From Candidatus Heimdallarchaeota archaeon (GTDB taxonomy: Archaea > Asgardarchaeota > Heimdallarchaeia > Heimdallarchaeales > Heimdallarchaeaceae): a DNA stretch of 64,000 nt. The stretch covers positions 1 through 64,000 of the forward strand of contig JAAFKI010000059.1 in the NCBI GenBank assembly GCA_021399345.1, written 5' to 3'. Below the pieces are notes generated by a model. That model was not told where the DNA came from and searched no databases. It saw only the letters and a program-made list of their open reading frames with translations. The position numbers were made by a program, and so were the translations under genes. Positions 48,550-58,093 of this stretch are shown piece by piece. The number at the start of each line of letters is the position of its first letter. Position 1 is the stretch's first letter.

Positions 48550-49293
48550 ATGAGCAAAGATTTTAGAGGTGTTACAATAGATAGGCGAATAGATTTACGA
48601 GGAAAATCTATTGTTCGTTTTGAAAAACATGGGAGGCGATATGAATTACTTGTCAATCCTGAACCAGCTTGGAAGTTATTACAAGGGGAAGAGGTTGAAA
48701 TAGACGATATATTTGAGGTATTTGATGTATATGAAAATTTATCGCGGGGAGTTAAAGCAACAAAAGATGATTTAGAAGTTGCTTTTGAAGGATTGACAGA
48801 AAGAGAAATAGCAGTTAAGATTTTGAAAGAAGGTAAACTTCAATTAACTGCTGACCAGAGAAATGAAATTCTTAAGGAAAAGAGAATTGAAATTGTTGCC
48901 TTCATTCATATTCACTGTATAAATCCACGAGAAAATGTTCCTATCCCGAAGGATAGGATAGAAAAGGCCATTCTTGATTTGGGAGTTAATATTGATTACA
49001 AGGAAGAAGCAAAAAATCAAGCTTTAGAAATTATTAATCAACTAAAGCCTATTATGCCTATTCGGCTGGAATCAGTTAAATTAGCAATAAAAATACCTCC
49101 AAATTATACTGGACCACTTTATGGTTTTATACTATCTGCAGGCAATTTAATTCAAGAAGAATGGTTATCAGATGGTAGTTTAGCTATGGTAACCCAAATA
49201 CCATCTGGAACTCAAGCAGATTTCTTGGAACAAGTAACTTCGCGAACTAAAGGAAAAGCGCAAGTCAAAATATTAGAAAGACTTGCTGAATAA
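48550..49293 (+). CDS. Ribosome maturation factor SBDS/Sdo1
   Basis: RFEKHGRRYE, ILKEGKLQLT, INPR..P..RIEKA, EEWLSDGS. Confidence 0.95.
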   Translation: MSKDFRGVTIDRRIDLRGKSIVRFEKHGRRYELLVNPEPAWKLLQGEEVEIDDIFEVFDVYENLSRGVKATKDDLEVAFEGLTEREIAVKILKEGKLQLTADQRNEILKEKRIEIVAFIHIHCINPRENVPIPKDRIEKAILDLGVNIDYKEEAKNQALEIINQLKPIMPIRLESVKLAIKIPPNYTGPLYGFILSAGNLIQEEWLSDGSLAMVTQIPSGTQADFLEQVTSRTKGKAQVKILERLAE

Positions 49294-49315
49294 ATAACAA
49301 AGATTGTGATTAATA

Positions 49316-50017
49316 ATGTCCGTTATTAAAGTAAAGAATCATGAAATAGTTATTCCAGGTGATTTACTAGCAGAAGGTAATTTCAAATATGGCGAAGGCG
49401 TCATAAAAAAGGGAAATGTCTATTACTCTACACTTGTAGGTCTTTTTCAAGATAAAGGAGAGCTTATTCAGGTAAAATCTCTGAAAGGTAAATATATCCC
49501 TAGACCTGGTGATCTAGTAATCGGTAAGATAGTTGAAGTTGGATTAACTAATTGGATTGTTGATGTTGGCGCCCCTTATTCGGCGGTATTACTAGCCAAT
49601 AATGCAACAGAGAAACGATTTGATCCAGTGAAGGATGATACCAGAAAAATATTTGATATTGGGGATATTATCCTAACAAAAATTGCAAGTTTTGACAGAA
49701 CCAGAGATCCTTCATTACTCACAAACGAGAGGGGATTAGGTAAATTAAGAGGGGGAAGAGTGATAGAGATTGAAGCAGCTCATATTCCTCGAGTTATTGG
49801 AAAGAAAGGAACTATGATTAATATGGTTAAAAGACTTACAAGAACACAAATTATAACTGGTCAAAATGGAAGAATCTGGATTCATGGAAAGAAGCCTGAA
49901 GATGAAATAAAGGCTATTGAATCAATTACAAAAATAGAGTTAGAAGCACATACACAGGGATTAACTGACAGAATACGCGATATGCTATCTAACGGTCAAA
50001 CAGAAAATGAGAAGTGA
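49316..50017 (+). CDS. rrp4: Exosome complex RNA-binding protein Rrp4
   Basis: VIPGD, YIPRPGDLVIG, KH motif PRVIGKKGTM, GQNGRIW. Confidence 0.96.
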   Translation: MSVIKVKNHEIVIPGDLLAEGNFKYGEGVIKKGNVYYSTLVGLFQDKGELIQVKSLKGKYIPRPGDLVIGKIVEVGLTNWIVDVGAPYSAVLLANNATEKRFDPVKDDTRKIFDIGDIILTKIASFDRTRDPSLLTNERGLGKLRGGRVIEIEAAHIPRVIGKKGTMINMVKRLTRTQIITGQNGRIWIHGKKPEDEIKAIESITKIELEAHTQGLTDRIRDMLSNGQTENEK

Positions 50018-50021
50018 TATT

Positions 50022-51014
50022 ATGGCAGGAGATGGAACAGTCCAACTAATCGATGAAAAAGGAAAAAGAGTAGATGGACGAGATTTAGACGAATTACGTC
50101 CTTTAAGTATTAAAATTGGTGTATTAAAAAATGCAGATGGTTCTGCAGAAATTCGCATGGGAAAGAACATTATTGTTGCTGCGGTCTACGGACCTAGAGA
50201 ACTGCATCCAAAACACAGAGCATTACCAGATAGAGCATTAATTCAATGCTTTTATCGAATGTCAACTTTTTCAGTTAATGACAGAAAAAGCCCAGCTCCC
50301 TCAAGGAGAGAAAAGGAAATTTCTATGATTCTTGCAAATTCCTTATCTTCAGTTGTTCTAACTGAGAAGTATCCAAGAACAGCTATAGATGTATATATGC
50401 AAGTACTTCAAGCTGATGGTGGTACTCGTTGTGCCAGTTTAATAGCTGCTTCTGTTGCTCTAGCTGATGCTGGAGTTCCAATGAGAGGTATAGTTTCCTC
50501 AGTAGCTGCAGGATTAATTAATGACAAAGTTGCTCTAGATTTATATGATTTAGAAGACCAAAAGGGTTCGGGTGATATGCCTGTAGCATATGCTCCTACT
50601 TTAGATGAAATTTCATTACTTCAGCTAGACGGAGTCTTCACCATAGATCAATTTGAAGAAAGCTTAGATTTGGCTGTCAAAGGTGCAAAAGAAATATTCG
50701 AAATTCAAAAAAACGCCTTAAAACAGAAATATACAGATATTAGAGCTGAAGTTAAGGAAAAACCTAAAGCTGAAGTCAAGGAAGTACCTAAAGCTGAAGT
50801 CAAGGAAGTACCTAAAGCTGAAGTTAAGGAAGTACCTAAAGCTGAAGTCAAGGAAGTACCTAAAGCTGAAGTCAAGGAAGTACCTAAAACTGAAGTCAAG
50901 GAAGTACCTAAAGCTGAAGTTAAGGAAGTACCTAAAGCTGAAGTCAAGGAAGTACCTAAAACTGAAGTCAAGGAAAAACCTAAAGCTGAAGCCAAAGAAG
51001 AAGGAGTAGAGTAA
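50022..51014 (+). CDS. rrp41: Exosome complex catalytic subunit Rrp41 with repetitive C-terminal tail
   Basis: RVDGR..DELRP, YGPRE, SRREKEIS, ADGGTR, EDQKG..DMP. Confidence 0.97.
   Translation: MAGDGTVQLIDEKGKRVDGRDLDELRPLSIKIGVLKNADGSAEIRMGKNIIVAAVYGPRELHPKHRALPDRALIQCFYRMSTFSVNDRKSPAPSRREKEISMILANSLSSVVLTEKYPRTAIDVYMQVLQADGGTRCASLIAASVALADAGVPMRGIVSSVAAGLINDKVALDLYDLEDQKGSGDMPVAYAPTLDEISLLQLDGVFTIDQFEESLDLAVKGAKEIFEIQKNALKQKYTDIRAEVKEKPKAEVKEVPKAEVKEVPKAEVKEVPKAEVKEVPKAEVKEVPKTEVKEVPKAEVKEVPKAEVKEVPKTEVKEKPKAEAKEEGVE
50745..50999 (+). repeat. 24-bp coding tandem repeat, 10 full copies plus a partial, encoding (A/T)EVKE(V/K)PK
   Basis: Unit GCTGAAGT(C/T)AAGGAAGTACCTAAA repeated head-to-tail with no spacers. 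Confidence 0.97.
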
Positions 51015-51015
51015 A

Positions 51016-51831
51016 ATGGGAGATAATTATGTTATTAGTGAAATAGAGAAAGATCACATTCTATCCCTTTTGGAACAGAATAAGAGAACCGATAATCGAG
51101 AATTGAATCAGATTAGAGAGGTTAATATTGAAACACATTATGTAGGAAAAGCTGAGGGATCAGCGGTTGTAACACTTGGAGATACCAAACTGATTGTTGG
51201 AGTTAAAGCAATTTTAGGAACCCCTTATCCAGATACTCCAAACACAGGTGTTATTACAACAAGTGCAGAACTTTCTCCCTTAGCATCACAATATTTTGAG
51301 AGTGGTCCTCCCTCAAACAATGCAATAGAACTTGCAAGGGTAACAGATAGAGCAATAAGAGAATCTCATTGTATAGATTTATCGAAACTATGTATTATTC
51401 CTGAAAAATCTGTTTGGATATTGTTTATAGATTTTTACATTTTAAATGATGATGGAAATCTATTTGATGCTGCCACACTTGGCGCATTAGCCGCTTTAGC
51501 AACTACTGAAATACCTAAAACCAAAGTTGGAGAAGATGGTGTGGTTGAGGTTTTAGAAGAAAAAGAACCACTAAAAATAAACCATTATCCTGTTTCAGTA
51601 ACATCGTATAAAGTAGATAAATTCAATATTTTTGATGCTAGCTTCAAGGAAGAAAGAGTTGGTAACTCTAGAATAACCTTTGGATTCGATGAAGAAGACC
51701 ATGTTGTATCAGTTCAAAAGGGAAAACAAGGAGTTTATACACCTGAAGAAATAAAGAAAATACTTCGCGAAAGCTTACTTGTATCGAAAACTTTAAGGAA
51801 AGAGCTAATGAAAGCGCTTTCGAAGAAATAA
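51016..51831 (+). CDS. rrp42: Exosome complex subunit Rrp42
   Basis: AEGSA, PYPDTP, FESGPP, ELARVTDRAIRES, DDGNLFDA. Confidence 0.96.
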   Translation: MGDNYVISEIEKDHILSLLEQNKRTDNRELNQIREVNIETHYVGKAEGSAVVTLGDTKLIVGVKAILGTPYPDTPNTGVITTSAELSPLASQYFESGPPSNNAIELARVTDRAIRESHCIDLSKLCIIPEKSVWILFIDFYILNDDGNLFDAATLGALAALATTEIPKTKVGEDGVVEVLEEKEPLKINHYPVSVTSYKVDKFNIFDASFKEERVGNSRITFGFDEEDHVVSVQKGKQGVYTPEEIKKILRESLLVSKTLRKELMKALSKK

Positions 51832-51843
51832 GTGGTGTAAAAA

Positions 51844-52125
51844 ATGCCCAAAACAAAAAAAGTTGGCTCAACAGGACGTTACGGTGCTAGGTATGGTAGT
51901 ACAATTAGAAAACGAGTAAGAGAGATAGAAAACAAAAGTAAAGCTGTTTATAAATGTCCCGTTTGTCAAATGAAGACATTAAAAAGAGCTGGTCTTGGTA
52001 TATGGGAGTGTTCTAAATGCGGTGAAAAACTCGCAGGTGGAGCATGGGAACCCAACACTAGTGCAGGGCGAAGTATAACACGAAGAGTTACTCGTATTTC
52101 TGAAGGATTAAAAGACGATTTTTAA
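51844..52125 (+). CDS. rpl37ae: 50S ribosomal protein L37ae (eL43)
   Basis: GRYGARYG, CPVC, GIWECSKC, AGGAW. Confidence 0.97.
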   Translation: MPKTKKVGSTGRYGARYGSTIRKRVREIENKSKAVYKCPVCQMKTLKRAGLGIWECSKCGEKLAGGAWEPNTSAGRSITRRVTRISEGLKDDF

Positions 52126-52201
52126 TCCCTCCTATTTTTTATTTTATTTGTTTTTGGTTTAGCATACTTACATTTTAAAACTCTAAAACGTCGTGAACTT
52201 A

Positions 52202-52780
52202 ATGACTAAAATTGGTTATACTACATCACGCTCTCCAACTAACAAAACTAGAACCTTCATCCATGAAATGGTCAGTGTGGTTCCTCGTTCTTCAAGGATT
52301 CCAAGAGGATCAGCAAACGAATTTTTTTGTTTGAATTCTATGAAAAATCAAGGCTTTGGAACAGCTATTATAATTAACTCGGTAAAAGGTAATCCAAATT
52401 TTGTTAGATTGTTCAACTTAGCAGATAAAATAGAAGAAATCCCCTATGCTATAAAGATTAGAGGTTTAACGTTATCTAGGGATTATCAAAAAAAAGGTAG
52501 AGATCGAAAACCTGCTGTTTCAATATTGATTTCAACTCTTGAAAATCCTGTTGAAGAGGAAATTCTAAAGAAATTTTTAGGTATAACTAACGAATCAATC
52601 GAGAAAATCAAAGATAAGGAATATGTAACTGTTTATGCAGATTATCTGGATAAAGATGATGGTATTATCTTCTTAGAATTTTTAGATAAAAACAACAAAC
52701 AGACCGGGCCTCGCATAAAATTGAGAATAATAGAAAGGCAGATTCAAGACAATAATACGAAAAAAATTGCTGGTGATTGA
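52202..52780 (+). CDS. Brix/Imp4-like rRNA maturation protein
   Basis: TTSRSPT..TRTF, RG, KGNP, GPRIK; conserved position after rpl37ae. Confidence 0.85.
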   Translation: MTKIGYTTSRSPTNKTRTFIHEMVSVVPRSSRIPRGSANEFFCLNSMKNQGFGTAIIINSVKGNPNFVRLFNLADKIEEIPYAIKIRGLTLSRDYQKKGRDRKPAVSILISTLENPVEEEILKKFLGITNESIEKIKDKEYVTVYADYLDKDDGIIFLEFLDKNNKQTGPRIKLRIIERQIQDNNTKKIAGD

Positions 52781-53054
52781 CATTCAAGAAAAAACCATTT
52801 CAAAAATAGATATTCTTTTTGAGATTAAACTATCTGATGTTGAAATCTGCAATCAAATATATTCCAACTTACTTCTAGAAACTGATTTTGATTCAAACGA
52901 AAGGTCTGTTGCTACCATTGAGCAGCAAGACTCAACATTGATTTTGAGAATTAATGCGAAAGATTCTATCTCAGCAAGAGCTACAGTTAACTCATATCTC
53001 AAATGGATTGATTTATCCTTTCAGTTAATGACATATATTAAGAAAAAATCTTAA
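52767..53054 (+). CDS. KEOPS Pcc1-family subunit (second paralogue)
   Basis: LRINAKDSISARATVNSYLKWI Pcc1 signature. Confidence 0.88.
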   Translation: MLVIDIQEKTISKIDILFEIKLSDVEICNQIYSNLLLETDFDSNERSVATIEQQDSTLILRINAKDSISARATVNSYLKWIDLSFQLMTYIKKKS

Positions 53055-53062
53055 AGATAGAA

Positions 53063-53890
53063 TTATGTAATATCGGCTTTTTTCAGCTTTTTCTGAACTA
53101 AAGGTTTAACAAAAACTTGCCTTGCTGTAACCTTGAGATATAGTCGCTTCTTGAAATATTTAGCAACTTCTCGGTAAGAATCAATTGCACTCCATACGCT
53201 AGGATAGGCATCAATCTCATTCACAATTATTTTATTGAATCCTCTCTTTTTAATCTCCTGAAGAATTTTTTTTACTGGAAGAATTCCTGCTCCGAATGAG
53301 TAATGAGAATCTTCACCTTCTGTGCAATCTGATAAATGAATTTCTTCTAATTCATCAAATGGCATTTTATCCAATAAATCAAGATATTTTTCTGGGCCAT
53401 TACGTAAATAAGAATGAGCAACGTCAAATAACCATCCTTTTAGTTGACTCCCTAATTCTTTTTTGAATAGATTATATACTTCAATAAATTCCTCATCAGA
53501 AGTTAATACTATATTCTCTACGACCAAAGGAATTTTCAATTGTTTAATATTTTTCAATAACGTTTCTAGGTTACCATGAGTCTCGACAGGATGAAAAACC
53601 CCTAAGATGATATTCAGATCCTTTCCATAATCATTTACTAACTTAATAATATCTTGAATTTCCTTTTCCTTTTCAGGATAAGCGAAATCGAATCCTTCTA
53701 TTCCTTCCACAGGTAAATGGAATGTAGTTTTCATCTTTCCCACAGCTTCTATTATTCTATCTATGTTTTCCAAATTTACTCCTTGAGGGTTTATTTCACA
53801 TGATTCGATTCCTAGTGATTTAGCTAGACGTATGATGTGTTCGCAACCAAGCCCCTTATACGCTTGAACTGTCTGACCTATTAGTTCCAT
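53063..53890 (-). CDS. Xylose-isomerase-like/AP endonuclease 2 TIM-barrel protein
   Basis: FHLP, FHP, VEN, FDVAH, IHLSD, H..FG.G. Confidence 0.8.
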   Translation of the reverse strand: MELIGQTVQAYKGLGCEHIIRLAKSLGIESCEINPQGVNLENIDRIIEAVGKMKTTFHLPVEGIEGFDFAYPEKEKEIQDIIKLVNDYGKDLNIILGVFHPVETHGNLETLLKNIKQLKIPLVVENIVLTSDEEFIEVYNLFKKELGSQLKGWLFDVAHSYLRNGPEKYLDLLDKMPFDELEEIHLSDCTEGEDSHYSFGAGILPVKKILQEIKKRGFNKIIVNEIDAYPSVWSAIDSYREVAKYFKKRLYLKVTARQVFVKPLVQKKLKKADIT

Positions 53891-53950
53891 ACTAGCTGAT
53901 GCGATGGAGAAATATTTAAACTCATCCCCAAATTATGCTTTGAAATCTAA

Positions 53951-54706
53951 ATGAATGCAAAGAGAGCAATAGTTCGTGAACCAGGTAAGAGTTATATTAA
54001 TTGTATAACTTCTCATCCAATGGGTCATACTGTAAATTTATCTTTGGCAAAAGAGCAGCATGGCCGATATTGTGAGACTCTAAGAGAATTAGGTTTAGAT
54101 CTCATAAAGCTGCCACCAAAGGACCGCCTTCCAGATTCGTGCTTTGTGGAAGATAATGCTATTGTACATGGTAAGAAAGCTCTGGTAACACGAATGGCAT
54201 TAGAAAGCCGAAGGGGCGAGGATGAAGATGTACAGAAAACATTGCTGAACTATTTCTCTGTAAAAAGAGCTACAGCTCCAGCTATTATAGAGGGTGGAGA
54301 TGTTGTTCATCTCCCAGATAAGTTAATTTGTGGAATTACTCAAAGGACAAACCAACAAGGTGTGAATCAATTAAGATCTTGGTTAGATATTGAGATTTCA
54401 TCAATAACTAACTCTAATATTGTTCACTTAAAGAGCTACATAAAATATCTTGGAAAGAATACTGCTATTACAACAACTGAATATGATAACCACCCCCTAC
54501 TGAAGAATCTCGAATTGGTTATAGTTCCAGAGGAAGAATACTATTCTGTAAACTGTTTAGCTGTAGCTGATTCAGTTATTATGTCTGATAAGTTTTCATA
54601 CGCACAAAAAGCAGTAGAAAATGCTGGCTTTGATGTTATCTCATTGAACATGAGTGAATTTGAGAAATGTCAAGCATCTTTAACCTGTCTATCAATCTTA
54701 TTCTAA
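53951..54706 (+). CDS. Dimethylarginine dimethylaminohydrolase / amidinotransferase family
   Basis: PDSCFVED, RRGE, EGGD, HLKS, SLTCLS. Confidence 0.92.
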   Translation: MNAKRAIVREPGKSYINCITSHPMGHTVNLSLAKEQHGRYCETLRELGLDLIKLPPKDRLPDSCFVEDNAIVHGKKALVTRMALESRRGEDEDVQKTLLNYFSVKRATAPAIIEGGDVVHLPDKLICGITQRTNQQGVNQLRSWLDIEISSITNSNIVHLKSYIKYLGKNTAITTTEYDNHPLLKNLELVIVPEEEYYSVNCLAVADSVIMSDKFSYAQKAVENAGFDVISLNMSEFEKCQASLTCLSILF

Positions 54707-54769
54707 TTTCTGAGAATTGTTTCTTCAAAATAAATACAAAGGTCTAAATAAGAAAATATCCAATTTAGT

Positions 54770-55366
54770 TTGATTGATATGTTCTTCCTTAGGCGTATTT
54801 ACAAATCTATAATAGGTTTTATTACCTGTACAATTGTTGTTGTCCTTCTAATGTTAGTACTCTGGCCAACACTTGGTATCGAAGCTTTAGATATTGCAAA
54901 TACCGCACTAGTTGCCGATCATGGCTCTGGTGGTCATTTCTGGTTAATGCTTCTGATTCTCTTAGTAGTCAACATATTTATCAAAATGAATCTACCTATT
55001 CCGATTCCAATTCTGGAAACTTATGGTCTTGATAATACCTTGGGTAATGGAGGAGTATATGTTTTGATACTAGTTATTTGGCTAATCGGTTCTTTTGTTG
55101 GAGGTTTAGTTTCCAGAGGAGGATTAAGGTCTGGTGCTTGGTCTGCAATGTTATCTTTCCTATTTCTAGATTTCATTTTTGCTACAATGACTTCTTCGTT
55201 TTTTGGCTCTGGAGGTCTATTTTTTAGTACTTTCTTTGCAACATTGATTTTAGGCTCGTTCATTTTTGTGCCATTAATAGGACTTATAGGTGGAATAACA
55301 GGGGGAATTTTAGGGAAAATGCTCTTTACTAAATCTAAAGATAAAAAGAAAGATCCAGAAGAGTAA
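54770..55366 (+). CDS. Membrane protein with glycine-zipper helices
   Basis: 5-6 TM; GSFVGGL and GLIGGITGGILG GxxxG repeats. Confidence 0.75.
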   Translation: MIDMFFLRRIYKSIIGFITCTIVVVLLMLVLWPTLGIEALDIANTALVADHGSGGHFWLMLLILLVVNIFIKMNLPIPIPILETYGLDNTLGNGGVYVLILVIWLIGSFVGGLVSRGGLRSGAWSAMLSFLFLDFIFATMTSSFFGSGGLFFSTFFATLILGSFIFVPLIGLIGGITGGILGKMLFTKSKDKKKDPEE

Positions 55367-55434
55367 TATAAATAACATTTTCCCATTACCCACATATTTT
55401 TTATATTGAAACATTTATGGTCTAAATGACATTA

Positions 55435-57030
55435 ATGGCTAGTAAGAAAGATAATCAAGTTGTGCCTTGGGTTGAAAAATATCGTCCTGAGCGATTAGAA
55501 GATTTTGTTGGAAACAAGGAGGCAATTCAGAAGTTAGAAAATTGGTTGAAAAGCTGGAACCAACAGAGAAAGAAAGTTGTTCTATTAGCAGGACCTGCCG
55601 GAGTAGGCAAAACTAGTGTTGTATATTATCTGATAAAGAAATATGATTATGAGTTTGTTGAAGTAAATGCTAGCGATAAAAGAAATAAAAAAGCCGTTGA
55701 GCTACTTGTTGGAAGATCATCAACTGAAGGAACTGTACTTCAAGGGGCGAGAGTCAGAAAATTGGTTTTAGTTGATGAAGCGGATGGTCTTTTTGGAAAT
55801 GAAGATAGAGGTGGAGGGAGTGCTTTAACGAAAGCTGTATCTGCGACAAGAATCCCGATAATATGTACCGCCAATGATCCTTCAGCTTCCTCGTTGAAAT
55901 CTGCTAAAAAAAATATGTTAGTAATAGAATTTCACCGTTTGAAAGAAGAGGAAATTCTCACTCTTCTCAAAAAGATTGTTAAAGAGGAAAAACTAGACAT
56001 TAACGATGAAACACTAATTGCTATAACCAAAAATAGTAGTGGTGATGCGAGGTCTGCTATCAATGATTTAGAAGGAGCTTCCTTTGGTACAAAAGGTGTT
56101 AAAATTATTTTTGATCCGAGAAATCAAAAACACAGTTTGGATTCAGCCCTTAATACTATCTTTGGAGCTAAGGATTTTGCTTCTGCTAGAAGGGCTTTAG
56201 ACGGGGTGGATGTTGATTATAGGGAATTACTTACTTATGTTTACGAACATGCCTATAAACAAGCAGATTCATCTGAAGAGTTATTTAGTATTTATCAGCT
56301 AATTGCTGAAGCGGATATGTATTTACAGAGATGTTATATCAAACAAGATTGGAAATTTCTCAAATACTTCTTCACTTTTATTTCTTCAGTGGGATTAGTG
56401 AAAACATCATCTTTTAAATATACTAAATATGGTTTTCCAAGCTATTGGTCATTGATGGGAAGGTTAAGAGGTAGAAATACTAGTTTAATGGGAATAGCAA
56501 ATAAAAGTATAAAACAACTTCATTGTTCAAAAAAAGCTTTTCAGGTTGATTATTATCCATTTATTCGTGTAATCTTCAATACTGACCCAAAAATGGCTGC
56601 TGGTTTAGTCGCTTGGTTTCAGTATGATGAACCAGATGTCTTCTTCTTAACTGATAAATCCAGCAAATTGACTAAAAGAATTTTAGAATACTCAGAAGAA
56701 GCTTATCTGCAAATGGCAGAAAAATGGATAAGCAAAGCTAAAGAAATGGATCAAAGTTTGATTTTTTATACACAGAAAACAACAAAGCCAGTTCAAAAAT
56801 CATCACAAAAACCAAAAAGAGTAACTAAAGCAGAAACAACTGGGAAAGTTGTTAAAGAAAAATCTACAAAAACTGATAATAGAAAAGAAAAAAGCAAAAA
56901 ATCACAAGATGAATTAAAAAAGAAGAAAGTAGATGATTCTAAAACAGAAGAAAAGAAAGAGAAACAATTAACAGATAATAAAATCAAAAAAGATTCTCAA
57001 ACCTCATTGGAAACATTTCTAGGGGAATAA
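55435..57030 (+). CDS. rfcL: Replication factor C large subunit
   Basis: WVEKYRP, GPAGVGKT, NASD.R, DEADG, GDARSAINDL; C-terminal PIP box QTSLETF. Confidence 0.96.
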   Translation: MASKKDNQVVPWVEKYRPERLEDFVGNKEAIQKLENWLKSWNQQRKKVVLLAGPAGVGKTSVVYYLIKKYDYEFVEVNASDKRNKKAVELLVGRSSTEGTVLQGARVRKLVLVDEADGLFGNEDRGGGSALTKAVSATRIPIICTANDPSASSLKSAKKNMLVIEFHRLKEEEILTLLKKIVKEEKLDINDETLIAITKNSSGDARSAINDLEGASFGTKGVKIIFDPRNQKHSLDSALNTIFGAKDFASARRALDGVDVDYRELLTYVYEHAYKQADSSEELFSIYQLIAEADMYLQRCYIKQDWKFLKYFFTFISSVGLVKTSSFKYTKYGFPSYWSLMGRLRGRNTSLMGIANKSIKQLHCSKKAFQVDYYPFIRVIFNTDPKMAAGLVAWFQYDEPDVFFLTDKSSKLTKRILEYSEEAYLQMAEKWISKAKEMDQSLIFYTQKTTKPVQKSSQKPKRVTKAETTGKVVKEKSTKTDNRKEKSKKSQDELKKKKVDDSKTEEKKEKQLTDNKIKKDSQTSLETFLGE

Positions 57031-57044
57031 TGTTTCTTTTTCTT

Positions 57045-57359
57045 CTAATCCTTAGTTTTTGAAATTTGATCACTAATTGGAAACATTAAACCTGAAGACA
57101 GTAAGAATTGAAGCATTTTCTTGAAATTAGAAACATAGTAGATATCTGTATTCAATCTTTGTCGAACCATTCTATGATGAATTAAAAATTCCAGATTTTT
57201 CATTACATCATTTTCTCTTATCCCCGTTACTTCAATCAGTTCTCCTAAACTCATCCCTTCTTCATATAAGCTTAAAGAGACTGCAACAACACCAACATTT
57301 ACTCTATCAATAACATCACTAGGCAATTCAACGTTGTCTTCGGAATTTTCTTCACTCAT
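57045..57359 (-). CDS. Small winged-helix protein
   Basis: GMSLGELIEVTGI...VMKNLEFL. Confidence 0.6.
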   Translation of the reverse strand: MSEENSEDNVELPSDVIDRVNVGVVAVSLSLYEEGMSLGELIEVTGIRENDVMKNLEFLIHHRMVRQRLNTDIYYVSNFKKMLQFLLSSGLMFPISDQISKTKD

Positions 57360-57960
57360 TATCTATCCTCTTCTTATTTGTTTTATCTAAAATCAGAGAA
57401 AAAAAAGCATTCACTAATGGAGGTGGAATTCCAATGTCTTTTAATTTCCTTCTAATTTCTTTAATAGACATCTTCTCATTTAGTTGATCATATTGAAAAG
57501 CTGCAAACTCTCCATATTCCCATGGATAAACTATCCAAGCTTCAGTTTCTTTGATATAATACTCGGGTTTTATGATGCTGTGCTTTTTGTAATATAGTGT
57601 AGAGGTCCTAATCTCCTTGGCTCCCATTTCTTTTATATGTTCAATAGCTGCCATTAGACTTTTTCCTGAATCTGCAACATCATCAACGATTAAAACAATT
57701 TTACCTTCAACTTTCTCTGAAATTTCTTGGGTTATAATAGGATTCTCTGTGGCCCTTGAAGTATTATTGTAGAATTCTATCTTTATATTAGCAGTCCTTC
57801 GGTTACCATAAAAATCTGCTAATAATCTTGCTGGAATCCATCCACCTCTAGCAATACCCACTATGATATCAGGGTAGAAATTGTCGTCTGTCATTTTTTC
57901 AAATAAGTAAAAAGTCATCTGGTAACTTTGATCCCATGAGACTATTTCATATTCAGTCAT
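57352..57960 (-). CDS. Purine phosphoribosyltransferase (type I PRTase)
   Basis: GIARGGWIPARL, VLIVDDVADSGKSL, WIVYPWE. Confidence 0.93.
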   Translation of the reverse strand: MTEYEIVSWDQSYQMTFYLFEKMTDDNFYPDIIVGIARGGWIPARLLADFYGNRRTANIKIEFYNNTSRATENPIITQEISEKVEGKIVLIVDDVADSGKSLMAAIEHIKEMGAKEIRTSTLYYKKHSIIKPEYYIKETEAWIVYPWEYGEFAAFQYDQLNEKMSIKEIRRKLKDIGIPPPLVNAFFSLILDKTNKKRIDNE

Positions 57961-58093
57961 AAGTTTACCACATCAGCAATAGTATTGCGCTTGTTAAAAA
58001 AGATTCTCAAAGATACTAGTGGCATGTGCCTTTTAAGAAACCTTATTAATTTAACTTGAGAGAAAGAGCTTTGAAATTAATAGGTGATTAAAA

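Noticed and set aside
50745-50999. CRISPR array
   Set aside because: Repeats are head-to-tail with no spacers and in frame within rrp41
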